A stretch of DNA of 61,598 bases, counting the filler. It is 5 parts of 5 records of this genome, joined end to end, with 100 filler letters (N's around TTAATTAATTAA, not from the genome) between each part and the next. Parts side by side here need not be neighbours in the genome. Positions count along the whole stretch, not along the records: positions 31,393 to 41,829 come from DRR378314_29; positions 41,930 to 52,852 come from DRR378314_30; 3 more parts are not named here. One strand, written 5' to 3'. Positions 37,458-48,181 of this stretch are shown in pieces. Position 1 is the first letter of the stretch; each line of letters opens with the position of its first letter. The notes under the pieces are model-generated. The model was not told the DNA's origin. It searched no databases and saw only the letters and a list, made by a program, of their open reading frames with translations. The translations under genes and the position numbers were made by a program.

Positions 37458-38816
37458 CTATTGAATCAATACAAACACAGATTCACGGCCTCTTTGAACG
37501 CCAAGAACAATATTACCTCTTGTGTTTTCGATGATTTTATTCATTTCTCTGATATTTTCTACGCGTTGACGGTTAACCTGCATAATAATGTCACCTTCTT
37601 CTAAGCCAACACGTGCAGCTGGAGAACGAGGATCGACAGATTCAAGCTCAACACCTTTTGCGCCATTTCGCTGGGTTGATTTGAGTGTTGCACCTTGGAA
37701 TGCCGGATGTAATTCATCACCTGAAGCGCTTTGACCAGAAGCACCATCAAGAGTTACGCTCACTGTTTTTACTTTACCGTCACGATAAATCCCCAGTTTC
37801 ACTTTTTTACCTTCGCCTAGCGTAGCAATCTTACTGCGCAGTTCAAGGAATCCGCTGATTTCAGTGCCATCAACGCTAGTAATTACATCACCTGCTTTGA
37901 TACCTGCTTTACTAGCTGCAGAATCATCCATTACTTGCATGACATAGGCCCCTTGCTTAACATCGAGTTTCTGTGCTTTAGCAAGACCAGCATCCAGTGG
38001 GCGTCCAGAAATACCTAAAGATCCTCTTCGGGTTTCACCATGTTCAATTATTTGATCAACCAGGTTTTTCATCATATTAGAAGGAATGGCAAAACCAATG
38101 CCTACATTACCACCCGATGCGCCCAATATGGCGGTATTGATACCAATTAGTTCGCCATTTAAGTTAACAAGTGCGCCACCGGAATTACCTTGATTGATTG
38201 CAGCATCTGTTTGAATGAAATCTTCATAACCTTCAATATTTAAGCCGCTGCGGCCAAGTGCACTAACAATACCCGACGTTACTGTGTGGCTTAAGCCAAA
38301 TGGATTTCCGATTGCGACCGCAAAATCACCAACACGCAATTGATCTGAATTAGCAAGTTTAATTTCGACCAAGTCATCCGCATCGATTTGTAATAAGGCA
38401 ATGTCGGATTCTTTATCACTGCCGATCCGTTTAGCTTCGTATTCACGGCCATCCTCAAGAGTAACAAGCATTTTTTCAGCATCTTGTACCACGTGATTAT
38501 TGGTTACTACATAGCCCTCATCAGCATCAATAATAACGCCTGATCCTAATCCGCTAAATTCACGTTTTTGGCTGCGTGGCTGAGGATTGCCAAAAAAGAA
38601 GTCAAGGGGATCGGCGCGTCTGCGTACTTCTTTAGACCCAGATACTTGAATACTCACAACTCCAGGGGTGATTTGTTCTAGCATTGGGGCTAAAGTTGGT
38701 AATTGTTGACCATTTACTGCAATTGGCATTTTGGCCGTTGAAACTGCAGGGGTTAATAGTAGGCTCGCAGATAGGACAGCTGAGCTGATTAACGATAATT
38801 TCATTTTCATAGTCAA
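37458..38816 (-). CDS. degQ: Periplasmic serine endoprotease DegQ (HtrA family, 2 PDZ)
   Basis: Signal peptide, TNNHVV, DIALL, QTDAAINQGNSGGAL, two PDZ domains; yhcB-degQ-degS synteny. ATG 38810 is an alternative start. Confidence 0.92.
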   Translation of the reverse strand: MTMKMKLSLISSAVLSASLLLTPAVSTAKMPIAVNGQQLPTLAPMLEQITPGVVSIQVSGSKEVRRRADPLDFFFGNPQPRSQKREFSGLGSGVIIDADEGYVVTNNHVVQDAEKMLVTLEDGREYEAKRIGSDKESDIALLQIDADDLVEIKLANSDQLRVGDFAVAIGNPFGLSHTVTSGIVSALGRSGLNIEGYEDFIQTDAAINQGNSGGALVNLNGELIGINTAILGASGGNVGIGFAIPSNMMKNLVDQIIEHGETRRGSLGISGRPLDAGLAKAQKLDVKQGAYVMQVMDDSAASKAGIKAGDVITSVDGTEISGFLELRSKIATLGEGKKVKLGIYRDGKVKTVSVTLDGASGQSASGDELHPAFQGATLKSTQRNGAKGVELESVDPRSPAARVGLEEGDIIMQVNRQRVENIREMNKIIENTRGNIVLGVQRGRESVFVLIQ

Positions 38817-38937
38817 GGTTTACTCCACATCACAGGAAAAGCAAAAACTAAAAAGGCTGCAAATAGCAGCCTCACTAAGGTATAGATATTATATAAAGCT
38901 GTTATATCTAAAGACTATGGGGTCAAAAAAAAGTTCC

Positions 38938-39381
38938 TCAAGATGCTTTTGATTGTTCTGAAACTTTGTTTTCACCAGCAAATAAACCAGATTCACCCGA
39001 GACATAATCAGCGGGTTGAGCATTAGCAGATGAACGGTCGCTTTGGCGCTCTTTTAAGGAGCGCTGAAGTTGTTCTGTGGTTTCTTTTGAGAAAAATGGT
39101 TCAGCAGGGTGCTGCTTTTTATCATTTAATAACAACTTATTGGTTTCATCAACGTGGTTAAGCAATTGATCATAGTTGTCTTTCATTCGATTAACTAATT
39201 TGCCAGTGCTGGCTAAATGGTCGGCAACATCTTGTCTGTATTGCTCCAAAGCGTGCTTCGCTTGTTCAGCTTGTTGTTCAAGCTCGTCTTGCTTAAATTG
39301 TTTTTTTGTAACAAACGCACCAAGAAAAAAAGCTGTTACTGCAACGATAACGGTAATACCAATCCAAGTAATTGTACCCAT
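38938..39381 (-). CDS. yhcB: YhcB/ZapG (DUF1043) membrane-anchored coiled-coil protein
   Basis: TM helix then LEQYRQDVADHLASTGKLVNRMKDNYDQLLNH and QPADY; synteny with zapE and degQ. Confidence 0.88.
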   Translation of the reverse strand: MGTITWIGITVIVAVTAFFLGAFVTKKQFKQDELEQQAEQAKHALEQYRQDVADHLASTGKLVNRMKDNYDQLLNHVDETNKLLLNDKKQHPAEPFFSKETTEQLQRSLKERQSDRSSANAQPADYVSGESGLFAGENKVSEQSKAS

Positions 39382-39562
39382 AAAATCCACCCCTTTGGGA
39401 AATGCAAAAATAACCAATAATAGTTCGCACGATGGATAACTCAATACGTGCTTTGATAACCTGATGTCAGGTTACATAAATCTTACTATGACTAATATAC
39501 CCCGAGTTACGATGCGTGTTAATATGTTGCGTAAATTAAACCGTCTTTTATTGTAACTACCT

Positions 39563-40651
39563 ATGACACCTTGGCAAAAGTACCAACAAGATTTACAGCG
39601 TGACGATTTTGTACATGATGCTGCGCAAGAAAATGCAGTGCGTCATTTACAGCGGCTATACGATGATTTAACGACAGCAAAGCCAGCTGAAAAAAACTGG
39701 TTTGCAAAGCTCTTTAATAAAGATAGCACGCCACCAATAAAAGGACTGTATTTTTGGGGAGGTGTCGGGCGTGGTAAAACCTATTTAGTTGATACTTTTT
39801 ATGAAGCCTTGCCGGGTAAACGAAAAATGCGTGTGCACTTTCATCGTTTTATGCACCGCGTTCATGATGAGCTAAAAAAGTTAAATAATAAGTCGAATCC
39901 ATTAGAAATCGTTGCAGACATATTTAAGGCTGAAACGGATATTATCTGTTTTGACGAATTTTTTGTGCAAGACATCACGGATGCTATGTTGTTAGGTGGT
40001 TTAATGGAGGCGTTATTTGAACGTGGTATTGTTTTAGTCGCTACTTCTAATATCGTGCCTGATGAGCTTTACCGCAATGGGCTTCAGCGTGCACGTTTTT
40101 TACCTGCAATTGCATTGGTTAATGAAAATACTGAAATTGTTAATGTTGATTCGGGTATTGATTATCGCTTACGGACACTTGAGCAAGCTGAAATATTTCA
40201 CAGCCCACTAGATGCACAGGCTGATAAAAACTTGTTTGAATATTTTGATAAGTTATCGCCAGAGCCTGGCACCTTGGATACAGCGATAGAAATTGAAGGG
40301 CGGATGATTAAAACGCGTAAAGTATCGGATTGTATCGTCATGTTTGATTTTCCTGAACTATGTGAAACGGCCCGTAGCCAAGTGGACTATATGGAAATAA
40401 GCCGTTTGTATAACACGGTTATCTTATCAAACGTAAAACAGCTTGGACAAACTAACGACGATGCTGCGCGCCGCTTTATTGCATTAGTGGATGAGTTTTA
40501 TGAGCGTAATGTGACATTAATCATCTCTGCTGAAAAACCAATCACTGAACTTTACACTCAAGGGAACCTAAACTTTGAGTTCAAACGTTGTATTAGTCGA
40601 TTACAAGAAATGCAGTCACTGGAGTATCTTGCAAGAGAGCATTTAGCTTAA
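39563..40651 (+). CDS. zapE: Cell division ATPase ZapE (AFG1 family)
   Basis: KGLYFWGGVGRGKT, CFDEFFV, LYRNGLQRARFLP, RCISRLQEMQS. Confidence 0.95.
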   Translation: MTPWQKYQQDLQRDDFVHDAAQENAVRHLQRLYDDLTTAKPAEKNWFAKLFNKDSTPPIKGLYFWGGVGRGKTYLVDTFYEALPGKRKMRVHFHRFMHRVHDELKKLNNKSNPLEIVADIFKAETDIICFDEFFVQDITDAMLLGGLMEALFERGIVLVATSNIVPDELYRNGLQRARFLPAIALVNENTEIVNVDSGIDYRLRTLEQAEIFHSPLDAQADKNLFEYFDKLSPEPGTLDTAIEIEGRMIKTRKVSDCIVMFDFPELCETARSQVDYMEISRLYNTVILSNVKQLGQTNDDAARRFIALVDEFYERNVTLIISAEKPITELYTQGNLNFEFKRCISRLQEMQSLEYLAREHLA

Positions 40652-40716
40652 TTAAACAGAGCACTTAAATTTCTTGCGGAAAAAACAAGCGCCAGGTAGC
40701 AATGTGGTTTAAGTGC

Positions 40717-40882
40717 TGGTATACTCCCGCGTCTGCCACGTTGCGTTCTATTGCCTTCATTAGCTTAGCCTCTTTTGAATGGCGCAAAAGTCTTAAACTC
40801 GAAGGGGTTGGAGCAAACATTTAGAGCGGTAATTAATAATAATTACCTGTGGTTTTAATTGAAAAACATTGGATTTTTATAA
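40717..40882 (+). promoter_or_regulatory. rplM-rpsI promoter and 5' leader (L13 autoregulatory leader region)
   Basis: Extended -10 TGgTATACT (40717-40725), GC-rich discriminator CCCGCG, and CCACGTT / TCGAAGGGGT elements recalled from gammaproteobacterial rplM leaders. Confidence 0.6.
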
Positions 40883-41311
40883 ATGAAAACGTTTGTTGCT
40901 AAGCCAGAAACAGTAAAACGTGACTGGTACGTAGTTGACGCTGAAGGTAAAACTTTAGGTCGCATCGCTACTGAAATCGCTCATCGCCTACGCGGTAAGC
41001 ACAAAGCTGAATATACTCCACACGTAGATACTGGTGATTACATCATCGTTATCAACGCGGAGAAAGTTACTGTAACTGGTAACAAATTCAAAGATAAAGT
41101 TTACTACGCTCACTCTGGTTTCCCAGGTGGTCTTAAGTCTACTACTTTTGATAAACTTCAAGCTGCAAAGCCTGAAATGATCATCGAAAAAGCTGTTAAA
41201 GGCATGTTGCCACGTGGTCCTTTAGGCCGCGCTATGTACCGTAAACTTAAAGTTTACGCGGGTACTGAGCACAACCATGCTGCACAACAGCCTCAGGTTC
41301 TAGACATTTAA
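40883..41311 (+). CDS. rplM: 50S ribosomal protein L13
   Basis: [36 protein letters not shown]. Confidence 0.99.
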   Translation: MKTFVAKPETVKRDWYVVDAEGKTLGRIATEIAHRLRGKHKAEYTPHVDTGDYIIVINAEKVTVTGNKFKDKVYYAHSGFPGGLKSTTFDKLQAAKPEMIIEKAVKGMLPRGPLGRAMYRKLKVYAGTEHNHAAQQPQVLDI

Positions 41312-41322
41312 GGAGCACTATC

Positions 41323-41712
41323 ATGGCAAATCAATACTACGGTACAGGTCGTCGTAAAAGTTCAAGTGCTCGCGTATTCTTACGCCCAGGCACTGGTAAC
41401 ATCGTAATCAACAAGCGCTCTTTAGAAGAGTACTTTGGTCGCGAAACAGCACGTATGGTTGTTCGTCAAGCTCTTGAGCTTGTAGATATGACTGAAAAGT
41501 TTGACTTACACATCACTGTTGCAGGTGGTGGTACTACTGGTCAAGCTGGCGCAATCCGTCACGGTATCACTCGTGCACTTATGGAGTTTGACGAGTCACT
41601 ACGTCCACAACTTCGTAAAGCCGGTTTCGTTACTCGTGATGCGCGTAAAGTTGAGCGTAAGAAAGTGGGTCTTAAGAAAGCACGTAAGCGTCCACAGTTC
41701 TCAAAACGTTAA
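41323..41712 (+). CDS. rpsI: 30S ribosomal protein S9
   Basis: [30 protein letters not shown]. Confidence 0.99.
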   Translation: MANQYYGTGRRKSSSARVFLRPGTGNIVINKRSLEEYFGRETARMVVRQALELVDMTEKFDLHITVAGGGTTGQAGAIRHGITRALMEFDESLRPQLRKAGFVTRDARKVERKKVGLKKARKRPQFSKR

Positions 41713-41733
41713 TATTACGTTTTACAGAATTCC

Positions 41734-41760
41734 AAAAACCCAGCTTCGGCTGGGTTTTTT
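41734..41760 (+). terminator. Rho-independent terminator after rpsI
   Basis: AAAAACCCAGC-TTCG-GCTGGGTTTTTT. Confidence 0.95.
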
Positions 41761-41829
41761 GTTTATGGATGAAAAAGTTAGCGATAAACACAGTGTTATC
41801 CTATACACCGTAGCGTGGGTTGAGTATCA

Positions 41830-41929
41830 NNNNNNNNNNNNNNNNNNNNNNNNNNNNNNNNNNNNNNNNNNNNTTAATTAATTAANNNNNNNNNNNNNNN
41901 NNNNNNNNNNNNNNNNNNNNNNNNNNNNN
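41830..41929. other. Artificial contig spacer
   Basis: N44-TTAATTAATTAA-N44. Confidence 0.99.
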
Positions 41930-42679
41930 CAAAGAGAGAAACGCTCGTTCCAACCGAAAACGCAGCAAACGCTACAACCGACATCAACATGTGCGAGATC
42001 GCCCCATGAATCGAACCGAGAAAGCTATGGAATGCTATGTCGGAAAACTTGTATTGAACACCGGAATACTCGTGAATACCACGTGTAACGTGTATCGAAC
42101 AGAGGACAAAGCACCATAGAGGCAGATAATCGTGAAGCCTACTCGCACGCGCGCGACTCCTCCGTTCCTTTGTTTCTTACTTCTCCACGGAAAAGGAAAC
42201 GAGAAACGTGTCGCTACTGAATTTGACATGAGATCGTAATCGACCCTAAAGACAAGCATGACAAGGGAGAGTGTGTCACGGAAGAATGAGCAAAGGAGAA
42301 TCTGCTTCGTAAGAGTGAAACGAAACGGTAGAACGGAGAAAGGGACTTGAGCGCAACAAGGACGATTCCACGAAAATATGCGAATGAACAGACAAAAAAA
42401 AAGCGTGAAAGACCGCTTCGAATCATGTCGTTTTGCCAGAAAGGAAGAGGAAGAACGCGCGTCGAAAAGTGGACTTGGAAGGACCAAATATTGCAAATGA
42501 CAGAACAATTCTCCATGAAGACCTGAAACGAATCGAAAAAAAACATCGAGACCATAAATCCGAAGCATCCGTTTCTTCGCGAAACACTGCTATTTCATAT
42601 ATCTGCACACTTAGCGTACAAGTGATGGATAACGACTGCGGAAACGAGGTCACGAAGTCGCAGGAGCAACACACATCGT

Positions 42680-45600
42680 ACCTGCGCGCTCTTATCGCTG
42701 TATTCTCCGCCGAAAATTACCGCTTTCGCAATCCCTTCCGCCTCTGTGTCGTCTTGCACAAGCGTCATCGAACATCCTGAGCGACAAGGAAGGTTCTTTT
42801 TCTGTTTCACCGACTGCCAGACCGGTGTCCCGCCTGTAACGAACGAACCAAACGAGGACTTGTGAGAAGAGAAGTGTTGTCCGAACAGAAAGGGGAAAAC
42901 GGAGACAATCAAAAGAATCACGAACAGCAATGTCAAAGGAAATAGCACGGTGCAAAACTCGGAAAAAAAGAGAAAGGAATCCGCGGAAAAACAAGCAATC
43001 GAACACCGATACCAGACAACGAGAGACGAACGAGCACTGTATCGACCACGAGCTGAGACGAACGATTATCATTTCTGCGTCGAAAGCAGGACATCCTGTA
43101 ATCTCGCGCGGGATTCCATTTGCATGTACGCGCATTCTTCTCGTCCATATATCACTCAACAATAAGAAAAAAATATGATGTGCGCCTTGGTACAAGAGTT
43201 CATTGGGAGTGATCGTCGTGTACTTCTCACTTGCTTTCCGCGATCCTCCCTCGCGCGTGCGCGACCGCTTTCCGGACGATTTCTCGCATATGCGGATCGA
43301 CGGTGGCAACTCTCGTATGCGCCGTACCTCCTATAGGTACTGTGCACGCGATAAAGTCCCCGCAGTCACGGTCGAAATCGGTTCCTCCGTACGCGACGAT
43401 CGTGCGGAACGATCGCAGCGCAACGCTCCCGAAGAACGCTCTTCCCTTCGGCGCTGCTCGATCGGCGTCGTACCGAAAGATCGACCACGAACCCGAGGAA
43501 AGGTCCAGCACATCAACGCAGGGATCTTTTCTGCCGCCAAAGATCACCACGCGTGACCCAAGGCGAAACGCTAAGGAGAACAGGGAAGAACGGGAGCGAA
43601 AAGAAACACGTGCAGTTCCCATACAGCGTTACCACGAGGCGAATCGAGAGCAACGGTTGTGGGAGAAATCATCAACCATCCGTGTCGTACGGTATCGCAC
43701 GATGTCGTATATTATCGCACGCTGTCGTATAGCGCAGCAGAATCGCGCGTTTCACATTGGAAACGATACGCTGTGAACCATGAGTAGATTTTCCTGTGAA
43801 TAGCGATATGGAAAGATTATAAACCACGTATGCGACCCAGTGTGCTCTTCGCACGAGGTCTCTCACGTTCGTTGCGCTGCGCCGTCGTCCCCATCGCCCA
43901 TTCTCCCAATCACGACACAAATCGCGTTTCACGTCCAATGACGCACTTTCCCTCCCACGCCGTGATTCCCATCACCAGAAGGTCAACGGAACTACCTCTA
44001 CATTATTGCTTACTCGTTCGAATCGGCGATGACGGGTTCGAGCGGTGGACTGTCGCGCAATTCATCTTCTTGTACGTACCACAATGTCCGCTGCGCGATT
44101 CCGCTCCGCTGCTGTGCAATTCCCACTGCAACGCGAGCGCAAAAGGAGAAGAAGAGCATCAAGGAAGCAAAAATCAGAAACCATAAGAAACCGCCACTGA
44201 AACAACAGAAAGGAAGATACAAGTGTCAGCTCCATGAAAGAGAGAGAACGACAGCGACAGAGAGTGAAAGAGAGACTGTAACGGTCCAAGTGAAGTGCAT
44301 GTTCCACTGTACACTGTACACAAATCAGATCGATCACCACAAGAATATGACGCGAATCGTTGGAAGAAAGGAATGAAACCCGATCAGTTCGTATTATAAC
44401 AAGGTGGATGTAACGATATCATGCAGCTTCCGTAAACCAACAGTCCAACGATCCGTTCTCAAGCGATATGCAACCTCTACTTGCCGCGACAAGGACAGAA
44501 AAAAAAACGTATCAAAAAGAAGAAGAAAACACCGGTAGAGCACATATTTACACGTATTCGAGCCACTTACAGCGAGAACTACCAAAAGACGGTCAGAAAC
44601 GGCGAGAACGGAAACTTCAAAGTGCACAAGAGTTTAAACGAATCGTGACAACTCCGTTGTAAAATCCTTGTACGAATAGCTAATTCTTCACCAATAGTGC
44701 AGAAAAAATAGAATCAAATTACACGAAATAAGATTCCACTGATCTCCATTTCCCTTTCAACCTAATCGTTGTCGAGTACGCGAGAAGCGAGAAATCGGTA
44801 CATTCAGTGCATGAAATGTGACAAATACCAGGAAAGGACACTATTGCTCGTTACTCATCTTCTCTCTTGCTCTTTCCGAGACGAAACACTCTTGGAAATG
44901 ATATCGATTCAATTTTCAATAGCAGATAATCGAGACTATTCTCCGTTTCTCTCGTATGTCTTGATGTACCTCGTACGGATTCGTCCAAAGTACGTGACTT
45001 TCTCCAGGAGCTTTTCGCCCTTGACCAGTTTCACGACCGATGATCAAGATCCTGTTCAGTGGAATATCGAACCAAGATTATTGTCAGAGCAGAAATGATT
45101 CTCTTGTTGTCATCAACTTCACGAGAAAGCAGAGAATGTTCATCGAATTCAGTTGATTTCGTTTCCCATCGTTCACAAAAAAAGGTCATCAGTGTCCACG
45201 TCAGAGTAGCAGCAAAAGACGTAGAAGAAGAACACGAAATCGCTTCATGTGCGAGAAAAGAGAGAGTTGAAGGGTATTGAAATCCGATGACAAAAACAAT
45301 AATTCTGAAGAACGACAACGGTCCATAGAATGATTGTGTCGGCGAAGCAACAAAAAAGAGCGACGGGCAGAATAAAAACACTAAAAACTTCAACGCTGCA
45401 ATATCAATATTTTCGACACCAAAAGTCTTGTGGAAAGCGGAAGAACAACTCCAGTGTGAGCGGATCGAGAAAGAAACGTGATAGAGAAGATTGATTTCTC
45501 GCGTATATATACTTCACGCTATTCTTCCGCAACATGATTTCGGTTCAATAGTACCATTGATTGGTGTAGTAGCAAAAGGAAGAACAAACGGTGCGGATTG

Positions 45601-47622
45601 GCGCTCCGATTATAACAATATGATCCTCGTTGACCATAATAATCTTCGTAGTCCCTGACAAAACGTTGTCTTTTTCGTACCCTTTTCGCCCTTCTTCCTG
45701 GATGATTGTAGCTGTGTGTCCAGAGCGAGATCCGCATCCTACGAGACCCAGTGGGAGTATAGTGGTACAACAGGAACACGGAGAAAGAGAAGAACGAATG
45801 AAAAGGGACACAGATACTATGCGGAGTAGAAGAGCGGGAGAGGAATACGAGCGAGAGAAACAAAAGAAGACCGTCGATACCATTGGGCTCCGTGTCGTTT
45901 CTTCGGAATAAAAATTCATACCACGCTTTGTCGCATAACACCTACACGAACTCTTTTTCGTCAAATACTGCGAGTGCTGCGAGCAACGCTCTACATTCCC
46001 CTGCATCACACGTGCTTGGCTGTTCGAGATACAAAGAAGAGACGTATTGGACCTAACAGAAATGAGGAGCGAGTCCTTCCGCAACGAGGGAGCAACGACG
46101 GATTGGAACGACTCTTGATCAGTGCGCAATATTCCGCACACTCACGTCTCCCTTTTACCTGTATACTTGGAAGTCGTTCGGTTTCTGCGCGAGTTCCCTC
46201 GAATTCCTGCTGAAACAGGCGACCATGTCATCGACGCGAGGTCCAGAAGATACACGTCCTCGCTGCAACGGTGACCGCGATATACGCAATCGAGTTTCAG
46301 AAGCACGAAAGGATCGCCCGTCGATCGCACAAGAAGAAAGGGGAACTACAGCGTAGTATTGCTATACTACGCTCTGCTGGGTCTACCTGAGTGTTTCGAC
46401 CTTCCAATATTTGCAAAGCGTGACACCCCTGCTAGCATGTAGCTTGTTCGCGCCGCGCGAGTGTCCTCGGGTGCTCTACGCGCGTGCAGAAGCGCAACGA
46501 GTCTGATTCGTCAAGCAACAAGACGCGTACCGTCGAGCAATACCATCTGTTCCTCCAAATACGAGCACAGAATCGCCGTTTACAGTGGCGGAGTGTCGAC
46601 TAAGACGAGGAGATTCACCTGCAAAAGGCGCGACATGCCGGCGGCGAAGAAGGAGAGCACATAGGTGCGAAAGAAGCACGTGGTGAAACAAGCTCGCCAG
46701 AAACCGGCAACGCTGCTCTTCGCCGCACAGAAGACGGAAAGCACTATGTGATATCTTCACCATCCGAAAAAGAATGCAGATACTGAAATAAATATTTTTG
46801 CTACCATGAAAAACAAGTGTCGCTTTGTGTGCCGGAGAGCCCGGTGCAACGCACTACGAGCCAAACTTGGCGCTCGCGCCGTACGTGGAGCACTGACCGA
46901 GCCACCACCGACCCGCTGCTCGCGCGCAGGCGACGCCACTTTCCTACCACAAGACCACAAAACGCAGCACGAGCCGCAATGTAATACGCTCTTTCGAAAC
47001 GTGCGTCTAACCCTTGCGTTGCGACGCGTCTTGCTCCATAGGCGCCATAGAGGCCGATGTAAAGCGGAAACGTTGACAGACAAGCCGCATCCTACAAACT
47101 ATGCACAAACTCTTGCCTAACACGCGCAACATAAGAGCTCGCCAACACCTTTCAATCCTCCAGAGCACAAGAAGATCATCACATTCCTATTCCTATTCGA
47201 CGAGCATACAAGTGAGAAACGTTTACCCAGAGTCGAAAAGAAAAGCGAGTAGAATCGGAGCCGCACCTTGCGTGCTGCATCGACTCCACGAGAGCGACAA
47301 CGGCGAAAAGCACCAGAGGTCTGCCAACACGTCCGTGTCGGCACTATTGTTCGATTTCTTGGACGCGTACGACTCGCCGCCGTGGATGAACACTTGCCCA
47401 TTATAGCAAAAACTCGCGTGGTGCGAGCGAGGTGGTGGCCCTACGCAAACAAACGAAGGACACGGGTCGCAAAAAAGAAAAGAGGTGAGCACACGCTCGA
47501 ACGCAGCAGCTCTGCAGGGAAGAGCACGTGCCAACGATTCGCTTACCTGCCGTACCAACTTCTTCGAAATCTTTCACTTCCACACCCCGTAAAACTGGTT
47601 GCTTGGCACGATCTCTCGACAT
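42680..47622 (-). CDS. Kelch-repeat protein, many small exons (3' end unresolved)
   Basis: Exon 1 (47622-47547) splices in phase to 47440, giving GTAGPPPRSHHAS..VFIHGG..LADLW..W. Further Kelch pieces: LSRHSAT..VLVFGG, DVYLLDLASMTW, RSGHTAT, VVIFGG..LDLSSGSW, GRAFFGS..VAYGG, AVIFGGE. Confidence 0.8.
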
Positions 47623-48091
47623 GACTGAGAAAAATAATCCAACGACTCCAGTCCGGAGGAATTTCCCGATGAAGCAGACGCCAAACGAAAACGCGAAGAA
47701 TTGGAGCACCGAACTTTCCCTGCGAGTGCACTCCCCGCAGCTCGCGAGCCACCAGCGAGAGCGCTCCGCGCCGCTAACTCACCCTCCCGTTTCGGAAAGA
47801 AGGAGAATTCGCAGAAGCCAAAGAAAAAAGCACTATCTCTTTCTTACTTCAAAAACAAAACGAATGAAAACGAAAACATATGCGCACAGAAGGTCGGAGA
47901 ACAGAGAAGTCTTCCATGCAACGTAAACGCGCCACTCTGAGAGTGTAAACTTTTGCAGTGGAACAAGGTGATCAACAAGAATTTTTGATCGTTGTGCGGT
48001 GGTAAATGGAAACGCACTGGAATGGCTTCGGCCTTTGATCAAGTATTCATATACAATTTTTTACCCTTCAGCGGTAAAGCCATACGGGCTA

Positions 48092-48166
48092 ATCAAACGG
48101 TCATGGGTTCGAATCCCATACCTGTCATTCGGCGGGTTGGCGCAGCGGTAGCGCGTTTGATTCCAG
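48092..48166 (+). tRNA. trnW: Circularly permuted tRNA-Trp(CCA): 3' half 48092-48127, TTC spacer, 5' half 48131-48166
   Basis: Re-ordered halves give a full 72-nt cloverleaf: acceptor GGCGGGT/ACCTGTC + A73, D stem GCGC/GCGC, anticodon stem TTTGA/TCAAA with loop TT-CCA-GA, T arm ATGGG-TTCGAAT-CCCAT. Break at 37/38; T8 terminator downstream. Confidence 0.9.
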
Positions 48167-48173
48167 AATGGGC

Positions 48174-48181
48174 TTTTTTTT
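48174..48181 (+). terminator. RNA polymerase III terminator (T8)
   Basis: T run 7 nt after the tRNA 5' half. Confidence 0.8.

Noticed and set aside
48092-48166. Two truncated tandem tRNA pseudogenes, or a SINE
   Set aside because: The halves are exactly complementary (38-73 and 1-37) with no missing or duplicated positions, and the flanks pair and end in a Pol III terminator; permutation explains this better
48156-48166. UGA-readthrough tRNA-Trp with shortened anticodon stem
   Set aside because: The anticodon stem has the full 5 bp, and TGA is used as a normal stop in the eukaryotic genes here
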